Source of the DNA: an uncultured Actinomycetes bacterium
GTDB taxonomy: Bacteria; Actinomycetota; Acidimicrobiia; Spongiisociales; DATADW01
Length of the DNA stretch: 64,000 bases
Reading direction: 5' to 3'
Assembly (NCBI GenBank): GCA_963733905.1
Contig: CAVTEU010000013.1
Location: forward strand, 157,389 to 221,388
The position numbers and the translations under genes are program-made. This document shows, in pieces, positions 40,992 to 50,124 of the stretch. Below the pieces are notes generated by a model. The model saw only the letters and a program-made list of their open reading frames with translations. It was not told the DNA's origin and ran no database searches. Position 1 is the stretch's first letter. Each line of letters begins with the position of its first letter.

Positions 40992-42620
40992 ATGAAGCAG
41001 GAATGGCTCTGGATCGGTTTCGCTGCGGCGCTGGCGGCTGCGGTCGGGGTGGCGCTCGGGTTCGGCGTCGCCGCCGAGGTGCTGGTGATCTCCATCCTGT
41101 TCCTCCCGCTCTTCGCCTGGATGGGTCAGAGGCTGTCAGACGATGACGATGCCCACGTGCTCCCGCTGCTGCTCCCCGCCGCCTATCTGGCAAAAATCGT
41201 CGGCGGCGGTGCCCGGTATCTGGTCCTCCAGTTGCTCTACGGTGGAATCGGCGACTCGGTCGGCTACCACAACGCCGGGCTCGACTACGCCGCCACACTC
41301 CGGGATCTGGCCATACCCGACACCTCTGGTGTCCGGGTCGGTTTCGGAACCATCGTCACCAGGCTGATCACCGCCGGGGTGTACGCCATCTACAGCCCGG
41401 AGACGCTGCTCGGCGGGTTCATCATCTTCTCGATCATCTGCTTCGCCGGGCAGTTGCTCTTCTATCTGGCGGTGCGCGACGCGGTCCCCCGCAACCGGCG
41501 TTTCTGGCTCGGGCTCGGCATCTTCTTCCTCCCCACCATGGTCTTCTGGCCCTCGAGCGTGGGGAAGGACGCCCTCATGGTGTTCGGGATCGGGCTGGCG
41601 ACCTTCGGTCTGAGCAAGCTCTACCGACGACTCACTCTGGGCCCGATGGTGCTGGCACTGACAGCCCTCACCATGCTGGCCTTGATCCGGGCACATGTCG
41701 CCGCCCTCATCGTCGGCGCCTTCGTGGTCGGCCTCCTGTTCAACCGGCGCAGGGGTGGGAAGCTCTCGCTGGGAAGGGCGACCGTGTCGCTGGTGCTCGC
41801 CATGGGGTTGATGGGTGGCGCCGCCTGGGCGCTCACCTCCACCCTCCGGCTCGACCTGTCCGAGGAGGGTCTCGAAGAGCTCGCCTCCACGGCCGAGTCC
41901 CAAACCGATACCGGTGGCTCATCGGTCGAGGGTTCTGCGGTGCGTGGACCCCAAGACCTCCCCGAGGCGACGCTGCGGGTGCTCTTCCGGCCTCTGATCC
42001 ACGAGGCGTCGGGTGCCCAGCTCGCCAGCGGCGTCGAGGGCACCGTCCTGCTGCTGGTGTTCATCTGGCGATTGCCGACGCTGGGGCGCAACTTCTTTCG
42101 GATGCGACACAAACCGATCCTGCTCATGTCGGCCGCATACACATTTGGGTTCATCATCGTGTTCAGCCCGTTCCTCAACCTGGGCATCCTCGCCCGGCAG
42201 CGCAGCCAGCTGATGCCGTTCCTCATCGCATGGCTCATCGGCGCCGGCTGGGGCGAGATCACCGCACCCGGTGAGGAACAAGCCGACGTGCCCCAAGCCG
42301 AGTTGCCCGATGCCGGGGAGACCCGACCCGATTCCCGCCCCGGTCTGAAACCAGTTTTGGCGTCACCAAACGCGGAGGACCCGTTGCGTGACGCCAAAAC
42401 CGGATCTTCTTCTCAGCCGGCGAGCCGGGGGCGGACAAACCCGAGAGCCGCCAGCCCGGCCAGCACTGCGACGGCGAGGACGCCGAGGACCACAACCGCC
42501 GACCAGCCCTCCATCGTGGCGTCCACACCGATAACAATCGCCGCCCACACCACCTGGGCGGCGGCAGCGAGCAGCGCCACCCTGCGGATGGTCATCCCTC
42601 GATCGTGTAGCTGGTCATAG
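40992..42620 (+). CDS. polytopic membrane protein, Wzy/O-antigen-polymerase-like; 3' end of the open frame is probably artefactual
   Basis: Many TM segments with a large loop (LSEEGLEELASTAESQTDTGGSS...). The frame stays open to 42620 across a 12-bp inverted-repeat terminator and the 3' end of the convergent gene. A +1 frame stop lies at 42346-42348. Confidence 0.6.
   Translation: MKQEWLWIGFAAALAAAVGVALGFGVAAEVLVISILFLPLFAWMGQRLSDDDDAHVLPLLLPAAYLAKIVGGGARYLVLQLLYGGIGDSVGYHNAGLDYAATLRDLAIPDTSGVRVGFGTIVTRLITAGVYAIYSPETLLGGFIIFSIICFAGQLLFYLAVRDAVPRNRRFWLGLGIFFLPTMVFWPSSVGKDALMVFGIGLATFGLSKLYRRLTLGPMVLALTALTMLALIRAHVAALIVGAFVVGLLFNRRRGGKLSLGRATVSLVLAMGLMGGAAWALTSTLRLDLSEEGLEELASTAESQTDTGGSSVEGSAVRGPQDLPEATLRVLFRPLIHEASGAQLASGVEGTVLLLVFIWRLPTLGRNFFRMRHKPILLMSAAYTFGFIIVFSPFLNLGILARQRSQLMPFLIAWLIGAGWGEITAPGEEQADVPQAELPDAGETRPDSRPGLKPVLASPNAEDPLRDAKTGSSSQPASRGRTNPRAASPASTATARTPRTTTADQPSIVASTPITIAAHTTWAAAASSATLRMVIPRSCSWS
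42355..42399. terminator. bidirectional terminator-like inverted repeat
   Basis: TTTTGGCGTCAC (42355-42366) and GTGACGCCAAAA (42388-42399) are perfect 12-bp arms with a 21-nt spacer, between convergent genes. Confidence 0.6.
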
Positions 42621-43378
42621 AGGTGGCTGCGGTCGCCGATGAACAACCGTGCTCCCGACAGCCGTCTCCGCAGCAAGGCGACGATGAGGTCGAATGCGGG
42701 GACTCCGAGGAGGAACGCCGCCACCGTCAGCCGAGGTGCGCTCTCGTCACCTGCGGAAACCGTCGCCATCCCGTATACGAGGACGAGGCCAACGACGTAG
42801 GCGCCGTTGTCGCCAAAGAAGACACGTGCCGGGTGCCAATTGAGAACGAGCACCCCGGCGCAGGTAGCTGCAAGCAACAGCGGTACGACGGCACCAACCT
42901 CCCGCATCGACCCCATCACGAATAGCGCCAACCCGGTCACCAATGCGACCGAGCCGAGCAACCCGTCGAGCCCGTCGAACAGGTTGACCGCATTCACCGC
43001 CGCCACCACCAGGATCACCACCACCACCCGCTCGACGGGCCCAAAGCCGCCGGGGACGGCGCCGAGCGCCAGCACCACACCTGCCACCGCCTCCACCAGG
43101 AGCCGAACACGTGGGTCGAGCCCGGCCCGGTCGTCGACCAACCCGAGTACCAGCAGGATCGCCATCGCCACCGCCAGCCATGGCGAGATGAACCCTTCCA
43201 CCACAGAGCCGGCCAGCACCCCGAGAAAGACACCCACTCCGCCGAGAGGCACCGCCGGTGTGCGATGCGTCTTGAGAACGTCGTCCGGCCGGTCTACGAA
43301 ACCGAGCGCCGGTCCTAGCCAGAGCGAGAGGACGCACCAGGCCAGGGCCACCGCAAAGGCAATGACTACTCCGACCAC
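42413..43378 (-). CDS. polyprenyl-phosphate N-acetylhexosamine-1-phosphate transferase (WecA/MraY family priming glycosyltransferase)
   Basis: LGFVDRPDD.LKTHRTPAVPLGGVGVFLG...LGLVDDR...AVNAVNLFDGLDGL...FFGDNGAYVVG. A GTG start at 43378 overlaps the upstream gene's end. Confidence 0.8.
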   Translation of the reverse strand: MVGVVIAFAVALAWCVLSLWLGPALGFVDRPDDVLKTHRTPAVPLGGVGVFLGVLAGSVVEGFISPWLAVAMAILLVLGLVDDRAGLDPRVRLLVEAVAGVVLALGAVPGGFGPVERVVVVILVVAAVNAVNLFDGLDGLLGSVALVTGLALFVMGSMREVGAVVPLLLAATCAGVLVLNWHPARVFFGDNGAYVVGLVLVYGMATVSAGDESAPRLTVAAFLLGVPAFDLIVALLRRRLSGARLFIGDRSHLYDQLHDRGMTIRRVALLAAAAQVVWAAIVIGVDATMEGWSAVVVLGVLAVAVLAGLAALGFVRPRLAG

Positions 43379-45123
43379 ACCAGTTCCACCGACGGTTCCC
43401 CGGCATGGACCGCCACCTCGTCGGCGTCCACGAACCCGGCCGAGCGGAACAGGGCGAGCGACGCCGTGTTGTCGGCACCGACCACGACACGGACCGATGG
43501 GAGCCGGCGGCGGCGGTAGCACGACTCCATCTCGGCGAGCAGCCGGCCGCCGACCCCCCTCCCCCTGACCTCGGCGCTCACCGCCACGGCGAGAAGCTCG
43601 GCGGGGACAGTGCTCGAGTCTCCACCCCCATAGCGGAGAGTCTCCAGCGCCCGCCGCAGCACCGATGGCCGCACCAGCCGGGGAGACGCGGCGAATGCGG
43701 CGAACAGACCATGACGTCTCAGGAAGTAGCGGTAGAAGGCCGGCGTGTCAGCGGTGGAGGCGGCGAAACCCACGGGTCCTGCTTGGTCCTCCGCCACGAG
43801 CACATCGGCGCCGGGCCATTCGATCAGCGCCCTGTAGAGGCGGCGGAGGAATCCCCGACCGAGCCTGGGTAAGAACCCGGTGGCTATCTCGGCATGGAGA
43901 CCGGCGACAACCGGGGCGTCCTCGGGCGTGGCCGGGCGGATCGGCGGAGGTGAGCCGGGGGTCGCCTCGGGGAGCAACCGGGCCAGACCCTTGCTCCGCC
44001 CGGCGCGCCGGTAGGTGTCGAGGACGATCTGGACGACGCGCCGCTCGTCGAACTCGGCCTCTGCCTTGCGGCGCGCCTCGACACCCATCTCTCGCCGCCG
44101 GTCGCCGCTCTCGCCGATGGCGATGATGGCGGCCCGAAGTGCCTCGGGATCCTCGACCGGAACGAGGAGACCGGTCTCACCGTCGGCCACCACCTGGCGG
44201 CACCCTCTGATGTCGGTCGCCACCACAGGGAGCCCGGTCGCCGCCGCCTCCATGGCCGAGCGGGGAAAACCCTCGCGGTGTGACGGGAGCACGAAGATGT
44301 CCATGGCGGCGTAGAGCCGGTCGACGTCGTCGCGCATGCCGAGAAAACGCACCCCGGTCGCCTCGGCTGCGGCAACCATCTCACGGGGAAGGGCATCTGG
44401 CTTGTCGGGCTCGTCGGGGCCGATGGCGAGCACCAGGTACCGGTCGTCAAGCCCCTCGGCTGCTGCGAAGAGCTCGGGGTAACCCTTCTCGGCCACCAGT
44501 CTCCCCACGACACCGACCACAACGTCGTCCGGTCGAGCACCGATCTCTTCCCTGATCCGGGCCCGCTCTTCGGCGTCGAATCTCGCCGGGTTGAACCTCT
44601 CCAGGTCCACACCGTTGCCGAGAAGACCGGTCTTCTCCGGGGCAGAGATGTGCCACCTGGTGAGCAGTTCCAGATCCTCAGGGTTCTGGACCAACTCGGC
44701 GTCGGAGCAGCGCGAGGCAATGGCCTCCAACAGGTAGACCCCGAGACGCTTGGTGGGCCGGTCCTCCTCGGTGGCGTAGAGGCCATGGACCGTGTTGACC
44801 ACCAGCGGAACCCCGGCGAGCCGGCCGACGATCCGCCCGTACACTCCCGGCTTGGGGTTGTGGGTGTGGAGGACGTCGGGGCGGATCTTGCGGAGGATGC
44901 CCCACAACGCCCTGGCGGCGCGCAGGTCCTCGCTAAGGCTCCACCCCCTCGTCGACCCCTCCAAAGGGATGAAACGGACGCCGGCGGCGACTATCTCCTC
45001 GACGAAGGGCCCCTCCGCCGAGATCCCATATGCCTCGCCCCCCAGGTCCACCACCGACGTGAGTTGGGGAAGCACCAGGAAGCGGAGGCTCATGTCCACG
45101 GTGGTGAGGTGAGCCACCCTCAT
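43366..45123 (-). CDS. glycosyltransferase family 4 fused to a C-terminal GNAT-like acetyltransferase domain (585 aa, intact)
   Basis: MRVAHLTTVDMSLRFLV...LPSHREGFPRSAMEAAATGLPVVATDIRGCRQVVADGETGLLVP, then ...LLAVAVSAEVRGRGVGGRLLAEME...NTASLALFRSAGF. Confidence 0.8.
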   Translation of the reverse strand: MRVAHLTTVDMSLRFLVLPQLTSVVDLGGEAYGISAEGPFVEEIVAAGVRFIPLEGSTRGWSLSEDLRAARALWGILRKIRPDVLHTHNPKPGVYGRIVGRLAGVPLVVNTVHGLYATEEDRPTKRLGVYLLEAIASRCSDAELVQNPEDLELLTRWHISAPEKTGLLGNGVDLERFNPARFDAEERARIREEIGARPDDVVVGVVGRLVAEKGYPELFAAAEGLDDRYLVLAIGPDEPDKPDALPREMVAAAEATGVRFLGMRDDVDRLYAAMDIFVLPSHREGFPRSAMEAAATGLPVVATDIRGCRQVVADGETGLLVPVEDPEALRAAIIAIGESGDRRREMGVEARRKAEAEFDERRVVQIVLDTYRRAGRSKGLARLLPEATPGSPPPIRPATPEDAPVVAGLHAEIATGFLPRLGRGFLRRLYRALIEWPGADVLVAEDQAGPVGFAASTADTPAFYRYFLRRHGLFAAFAASPRLVRPSVLRRALETLRYGGGDSSTVPAELLAVAVSAEVRGRGVGGRLLAEMESCYRRRRLPSVRVVVGADNTASLALFRSAGFVDADEVAVHAGEPSVELVWSE

Positions 45124-46233
45124 GCTGGACCATCCTGGTCCCTGGTCAGCAAGCGGTCGAACACGGTGGCAAACCGGTCGACGGCAGCGTCGAGGGTGAA
45201 CCGGGAGAGGGCAAGGCGGCGCGCCTCCTCGCCCATGGCGAGCGTTCGGTCCCGATCGGTGGCCATCTCCGCCAGGACCGCCGAAAGTGCATCGATGTCG
45301 CCTCGGTTGACCAGTCGCCCTGTTGTTCCGTCGACCACTGCCTCGCTCACTCCTCCGACATCGAACCCGGCAGTAGGCACCCCGGCGAACGCCGCCTCGA
45401 GGACAGCTCCGGGTAGTCCTTCGGTAGCCGAGGTGAGTATCAGGACGTCTGCCCACTGAAGGTGCGGAAGAACATCGGCAACAACGCCGATCAACTCGAC
45501 CGTTCCGGTGAGACCGCGCCGCTCCACCTCCTCGCTCAGTGTCTTCTCCTGGGCGCCGCCCCCCACCACACGCATCCGGACCGGGACAGACCGACCAGCC
45601 CGCTCCACGGTCTCCAGCGCCGCCAGCGGGTCCTTCTCGGTGGTGAGGCTGCCCAGAAAGAGGATCCGAAGCTCGGGGTGGTCATCATCCCGGACTGACC
45701 TCGGACAATCGCGGCGCGGCGCCGATCGGCGACACCTCGACCCGATCCGGGGGAACTCCGAGTCCCAACAACTGGCCGCGGGTGGCGGTGGAGACGGCGG
45801 TGACGAAATCGGCCATTCGGAGCTGGATCGAGAGGAGACGGCGCGAGAGCGGCGTGCGGGCCCAGTGCGCCGGCTCCCCGATGCTCCCGTAAACCAGAAG
45901 AGGACGGCGGCGTCGGAAACGGGTGGCGGCGATGCCATAGCGCAACGTTGCGCCACCGTTGGCGAAGACGATGCCGGGACGGAACTCATCGACCCTGCGA
46001 CGCAAAGGCACGACCACGTCGCGACTGAGTCGCCCCAGCCGAGCGCGCTCCCGGTCGCCCACGACCTCCGCATCCACCGTCGCCCCGCCAACAGCAGATG
46101 CCGGCGCCGATGAGAGCGCCACCAGATCGGTCTCCCAACCGCGCGCCGCCAGGCCGCCAGCCAACTGGCTCCCGAAAACCTCGGCCCCGCGCCGCTGGTT
46201 GGAGGTGATGAGCACCATTACCCGATGCGGCAT
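45120..46233 (-). CDS. glycosyltransferase family 4, frameshift near 45700
   Basis: MPHRVMVLITSNQRRGAEVF... in frame 45685..46608; ILFLGSLTTEKDP...TSATEGLPGAVLEAAFAGVPTAGFDVGGVSEAVVDGTTGRLV in frame 45120..46091. Confidence 0.8.
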
Positions 46234-46235
46234 GC

Positions 46236-46608
46236 TCAGCCGAGTTCGTTGAGGGGTCGGCCGGCCGGCGTAGCCCGTATCGACGTCGTGCCACCACTCG
46301 ATGTCGTCCTCGCCCTGCTGCCAGCAGAGGAGCACGACACGACCACCGGCACGATGGGGGAAGTCGATCAGAAGCGGGTCGAATCCTTTGATCTCGATCC
46401 CTTGGCGGCGGAACCACTCGAGATCTGCCCTCACCGAGAGCGTCCCGTCGAGAGCCGCCGGGTCGTGTCCATTTCCCCCGGCCACCTCTGCCAGGTGGTC
46501 GATGCCCGCCCGCACCTCGTCCAAGCCGGCGGCTATGCGATCGGCCCGGGTACGTGCCTCGGGGAGCAGGGTCCGAGCCTCGTCCACCGAGAACAGTCTC
46601 GACATCAC
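46236..46608 (-). CDS. DUF2203-like protein; as written it reads through in-frame into the downstream GT4 gene
   Basis: MSRLFSVDEARTLLPEAR...GIEIKGFDPLLIDFPHRAGGRVVLLCWQQGEDDIEWWHDVDTGYAGR. A 1-nt shift in GGCCGGCCG (~46262) would give ...RPLNELG and a stop at 46236-46238. Confidence 0.6.
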
Positions 46609-47478
46609 CCGGTTCCCGGGGCGGCTGCTTCGCCGTCCAGGCCAAACATCCGGGCGGCGTTGTCGTGGAGCACGGCCCGTGTCACCTCATCGGGCATTTC
46701 GAGATGTTCCCAATCGCCGAGCCACTTGTCGGGAGTGATGAACGGGTAGTCGCTCCCGAACAGCGTCCGGTCCGCAAGAGGACCCCGCACCGCCTCGATG
46801 AGTTGCGGCGGGAAAAGCCGCGGCGACCATCCGGACAACTCGAGGTAGACGTTTGTCTTGTGACGGGCGACGGCGAGCGCCTCGTCCTGCCACGGCCACG
46901 AGGGATGGGCCATGATGATGGTCAGACGCGGGGAACTCGGCGGCGATCTCGTCGAGGTACATCGGGTTGGCGTTACCCAACCGGATTCCCGATCCGCCCG
47001 GGACGCCGGCGCCGAGACCCGTCGTCCCCGTGTGGAACAGCAGGACGAGCCCATGGCCCTGCGCCGCCTCCCATACCGGGAAGTAGCGGCGATTCGTCGG
47101 GTTGAACCGCTGGGCGGGTGGATGAAGCTTGAGACCAAGAAGACCAAGACGGGCCGCTTCGTGCACCCCCGCCAGCGCAGCCGATCCCTTTTAGGGGTCC
47201 ACGCTCCCAAACCCGAGGAAGACGTCGGGATTGGCATTGACCAGCGCCGCCACCTCGGCGTTGCGGAACGGGGGACGGCGGGTCGCCGTCTGGGCGTCCC
47301 ATCCGAGCAGCACCGCCCGCCCGTCCCTCTCCCTGTAGTGCGCCGCCACCTCGTCGCCGCTCATCACCGGGAGTGGACGACCGAAATAGCTCTCCAGTTG
47401 CTCCCGGTAGGGAGCAAAGGCACCTTCCAGAAAGCCGGGCACAGGCGGGTGGACGTGGACGTCGATGAACCGGGTCAC
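46605..47478 (-). CDS. amidohydrolase-2 (TIM-barrel metal-dependent hydrolase) family protein, 2 frame changes (~47190, ~46925)
   Basis: MTRFIDVHVHPP... (frame 47191..47478); GLLGLKLHPPAQRFNP...LLFHTG (frame 46687..47166); IIMAHPSWPW...LFGSDYPF (frame 46605..47237). Confidence 0.75.
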
Positions 47479-47510
47479 GGGATGAGCCTAAGCGGGACCG
47501 GGGATAGGGC

Positions 47511-47807
47511 TCAGGAGAGCTCGGGCTTGACCGTGGCGGGGCGGGGTGTAGGCCGGAACCCGCGGTTTTCCGCCTCGACCAGGGTGTCGGGTGCGAATGA
47601 GGAGAGCAGGCACCTCGTCAGCAGGTCGTCCTCGGCAACCCGGCCCTCGAGTGCTGCGGCGTCATCATCATCGTCGCAGTCGTAGACGAGCATGGTGTCC
47701 CGTGCCCCCACGAACCGATGCTGTTCGAACCTGCGAAGCCTGGCCAACCGCACTCCGTCCTCAACCGAGTGGTGCCGCGGCCGCCACCGCCGCCCCCACC
47801 CCGGCAT
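47511..47807 (-). CDS. hypothetical small acidic protein (start uncertain)
   Basis: Track ORF ...MLVYDCDDDDDAAALEGRVAEDDLLTRCLLSSFAPDTLVEAENRGF... No family recognised. The 5' part overlaps the LLM gene's end. Confidence 0.3.
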   Translation of the reverse strand: MPGWGRRWRPRHHSVEDGVRLARLRRFEQHRFVGARDTMLVYDCDDDDDAAALEGRVAEDDLLTRCLLSSFAPDTLVEAENRGFRPTPRPATVKPELS

Positions 47808-48666
47808 CTCCTACCGGGACCGGGCGCACCACCAATTCATCGATCGGGAGGTGACGATACTCCTCGAGCCTCTGACTCACTCCTTCCGGGTCGCCGGCTA
47901 TCCCGACCGCGCCTGGGTCCACCGCCGAAGGGTCGAACCCTTGCCTCTCCATGTGGCTGCGGTAGTCGGGGAGACGGAGGTACGAGGCCAGTTCGGCGGC
48001 GAGGGCATCCCTCGCTCTGGACCCGTCGGGATGACAGGCGACACGGACATAAGCGGCTATCCGAAATGGTCGCTCTCCCACCTTTGCCCGCAACTCCTGC
48101 GCCGTCGCGGTGAGCTGATCGGGGCTCGACCAGTTGAGGAGCACCCCGTCGGCTGATCGGGCTGCCACCCCGGCCATGAGAGGGCCAAGCGCTGCCAGCA
48201 CCACGGGGATCTCGCCTGCTGCGGGCAGCCCCAGCCGGGCGCCCTCGATATGGATGTGCTCCCCGTGGTATTCGACCGTCTCCCCGGAGAGCAGATCCTT
48301 GACCACGGTGAGGTACTCCTCGACGCCGGCCACTCCCGATATCCGATCATTGCCGAACTGACGTCCCAGCGCCGAGTGGCCGGCACCGATCCCGAGCACC
48401 ACCCTCCCACTACCCACCGACTCGGCAAGCGTCGCCGCCGCCATGGCCGCGGTCAAGGGAGGGCGGTTGTAGATCGGGCAAACGCCGGTGCCAAGCCGGG
48501 TCTTTGACGTGGCGTGCCCCCATCCGGTGAGGGTGACGAACGCATCCCGTCCGGTGGACTCGTTGGTCCACAGAGAGGTGAACCCGAGTCTTTCGGCCTC
48601 GACAGCAACCCTGGTCAGATCGCTCGGGGCGAGTTTCGGGTCGACCAGCGAAACCCCGAGGTCCAT
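47761..48666 (-). CDS. LLM-class (luciferase-like) flavin/F420-dependent oxidoreductase
   Basis: MDLGVSLVDP...AERLGFTSLWTNES...VVLGIGAGH...GDPEGVSQRLEEY. Confidence 0.75.
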   Translation of the reverse strand: MDLGVSLVDPKLAPSDLTRVAVEAERLGFTSLWTNESTGRDAFVTLTGWGHATSKTRLGTGVCPIYNRPPLTAAMAAATLAESVGSGRVVLGIGAGHSALGRQFGNDRISGVAGVEEYLTVVKDLLSGETVEYHGEHIHIEGARLGLPAAGEIPVVLAALGPLMAGVAARSADGVLLNWSSPDQLTATAQELRAKVGERPFRIAAYVRVACHPDGSRARDALAAELASYLRLPDYRSHMERQGFDPSAVDPGAVGIAGDPEGVSQRLEEYRHLPIDELVVRPVPVGDAGVGAAVAAAAPLG

Positions 48667-48870
48667 GTGGTCAGCGGGCAGCGGCGCCCCGAGATGCAAA
48701 TGCGGCGAGCGACACAACGGGATCGCCGACGACGAGCATCAGGGCTGGAGGTGAACCCGGGTCGAGACGGCCGACCGGCACCGTGCTCGGTGCGACCGCC
48801 ATGAAGGCGGCAAAACCCCAGCGACGCGCAACCACGCGCCATCCGGGTCTCTCCTCGGGTCTACCCGCCC

Positions 48871-49149
48871 TCACCGTGTCCCGGCACCAGTTGTCACCGA
48901 GGTCCCGCAGTTTGGGCACGTCGCCACGTCGATCTCCCCCACGATGAAGGAGAAGGAGCAGTCCGGGCATACCAGGCGGGGTGATGGTGGATCCGGTGGT
49001 GGAGGCGTGGGCCGCGGCGGTACCTCGGGTGGCCCAGGGGCCCCGCCGTTATCCCGGACCTCGTTGACAGATCCGCACCGGGCGCACCGGTAGCGTCCGG
49101 GGCCGGTCACGTCGAATTCGGTGCGGCAGGCGCCGCATCGCACCCTCAC
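48871..49149 (-). CDS. double zinc-ribbon protein
   Basis: MRVRCGACRTEF...RCARCGS, a Pro-rich linker, then CPDCSFSF...CPNCG. Its start overlaps the upstream gene's stop. Confidence 0.6.
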   Translation of the reverse strand: MRVRCGACRTEFDVTGPGRYRCARCGSVNEVRDNGGAPGPPEVPPRPTPPPPDPPSPRLVCPDCSFSFIVGEIDVATCPNCGTSVTTGAGTR

Positions 49150-49628
49150 CTCTGCTCACCTCCATGCGGGTCTTCGCCGATGGTATCGGGGCTGTCGACC
49201 GTGGGTGATACCGCATCGGTAACCGGTTGGCCTACCGCCCCGATGGCGAGGAGGTACTCGGCCTCGAGACGCAGCACTGCTGCAACGTCCTCGCGGCTGT
49301 GTTCCACCCGGTTCCGCTCCCTGATCCCGTCGACCACGAAGTCGATTGCCACCTCGTCCCCCCCGGCGATGGTGTCCTGAGGCCGGGCATGCGCCAGACC
49401 CTGCAGGTAGTAGACCTCCCATTCCAGGATCCGCCGCACCTTGGCGTCGTCGAGGCGGGAGGCGATGTCATCGGGGAGACGCTGACGCACAAATGAGACC
49501 GCGTCGTTGATCACGTAGACCCTGGGCTCACGTTGTGCCCGTCTCTTCGCCTCCTGCCATACGAGAGCCGCCACCATCACCATCAGTACGGCGGCGAGCA
49601 AAGCAGCGACGACCACCTCAGCGGCCAT
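49146..49628 (-). CDS. N-terminally membrane-anchored hypothetical protein
   Basis: MAAEVVVAALLAAVLMVMVAALVW followed by a soluble domain. No family recognised. Confidence 0.55.
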   Translation of the reverse strand: MAAEVVVAALLAAVLMVMVAALVWQEAKRRAQREPRVYVINDAVSFVRQRLPDDIASRLDDAKVRRILEWEVYYLQGLAHARPQDTIAGGDEVAIDFVVDGIRERNRVEHSREDVAAVLRLEAEYLLAIGAVGQPVTDAVSPTVDSPDTIGEDPHGGEQR

Positions 49629-49646
49629 TGGCCGACACGGTAGGGC

Positions 49647-50072
49647 TCAGGCGACGGGGCGGCGCACCCGACCGAGCAGGGCGCCATGGCCGGCTTCCAA
49701 CTGCAGACCCGGGTCGTCGAGATGGAGCCACGACAGCCTGCGCACCGTTCCCTCATCAGTGCCGGCGGGGTGGTCCCAGGGATCTGCGGGCGAGTTCACC
49801 GGCGGCTCGAGTTGGAAGACATGCCGCTCCCGCACCTCGGCCCGCCCGTAATTGCTCATGTCGTACTCGGCCACGCCCAGGTACCCGTTGATGCTGGCGG
49901 AGAGTCCTGTCTCCTCCGTGACTTCGCGCACCACCGCCTCTCGGATGTCCTCGCCTTCCCCGATGGAACCATATGGAACCTGGAGCCCACGTATCGGCCC
50001 ATCAGACCGCTCCACCACGAGCAGATGCTCGCCGCGCAGCACATATGCGAGCACTTCGATGGTCCGGATCAC
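49647..50072 (-). CDS. NUDIX hydrolase
   Basis: Nudix box GSIGEGEDIREAVVREVTEETGL. Confidence 0.85.
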   Translation of the reverse strand: MIRTIEVLAYVLRGEHLLVVERSDGPIRGLQVPYGSIGEGEDIREAVVREVTEETGLSASINGYLGVAEYDMSNYGRAEVRERHVFQLEPPVNSPADPWDHPAGTDEGTVRRLSWLHLDDPGLQLEAGHGALLGRVRRPVA

Positions 50073-50124
50073 AGCGAGCGAACGCTAGACGGACGGCCCG
50101 GCGTCAAGGCGACGCCAGCGATGC

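Noticed and set aside
47761-47810. The 47511-47807 ORF as a frameshifted C-terminal extension of the LLM oxidoreductase.
   Set aside because: The LLM reading ends plausibly at 47761 and I cannot recognise LLM-like sequence in the downstream ORF. It is left as a separate low-confidence hypothetical.
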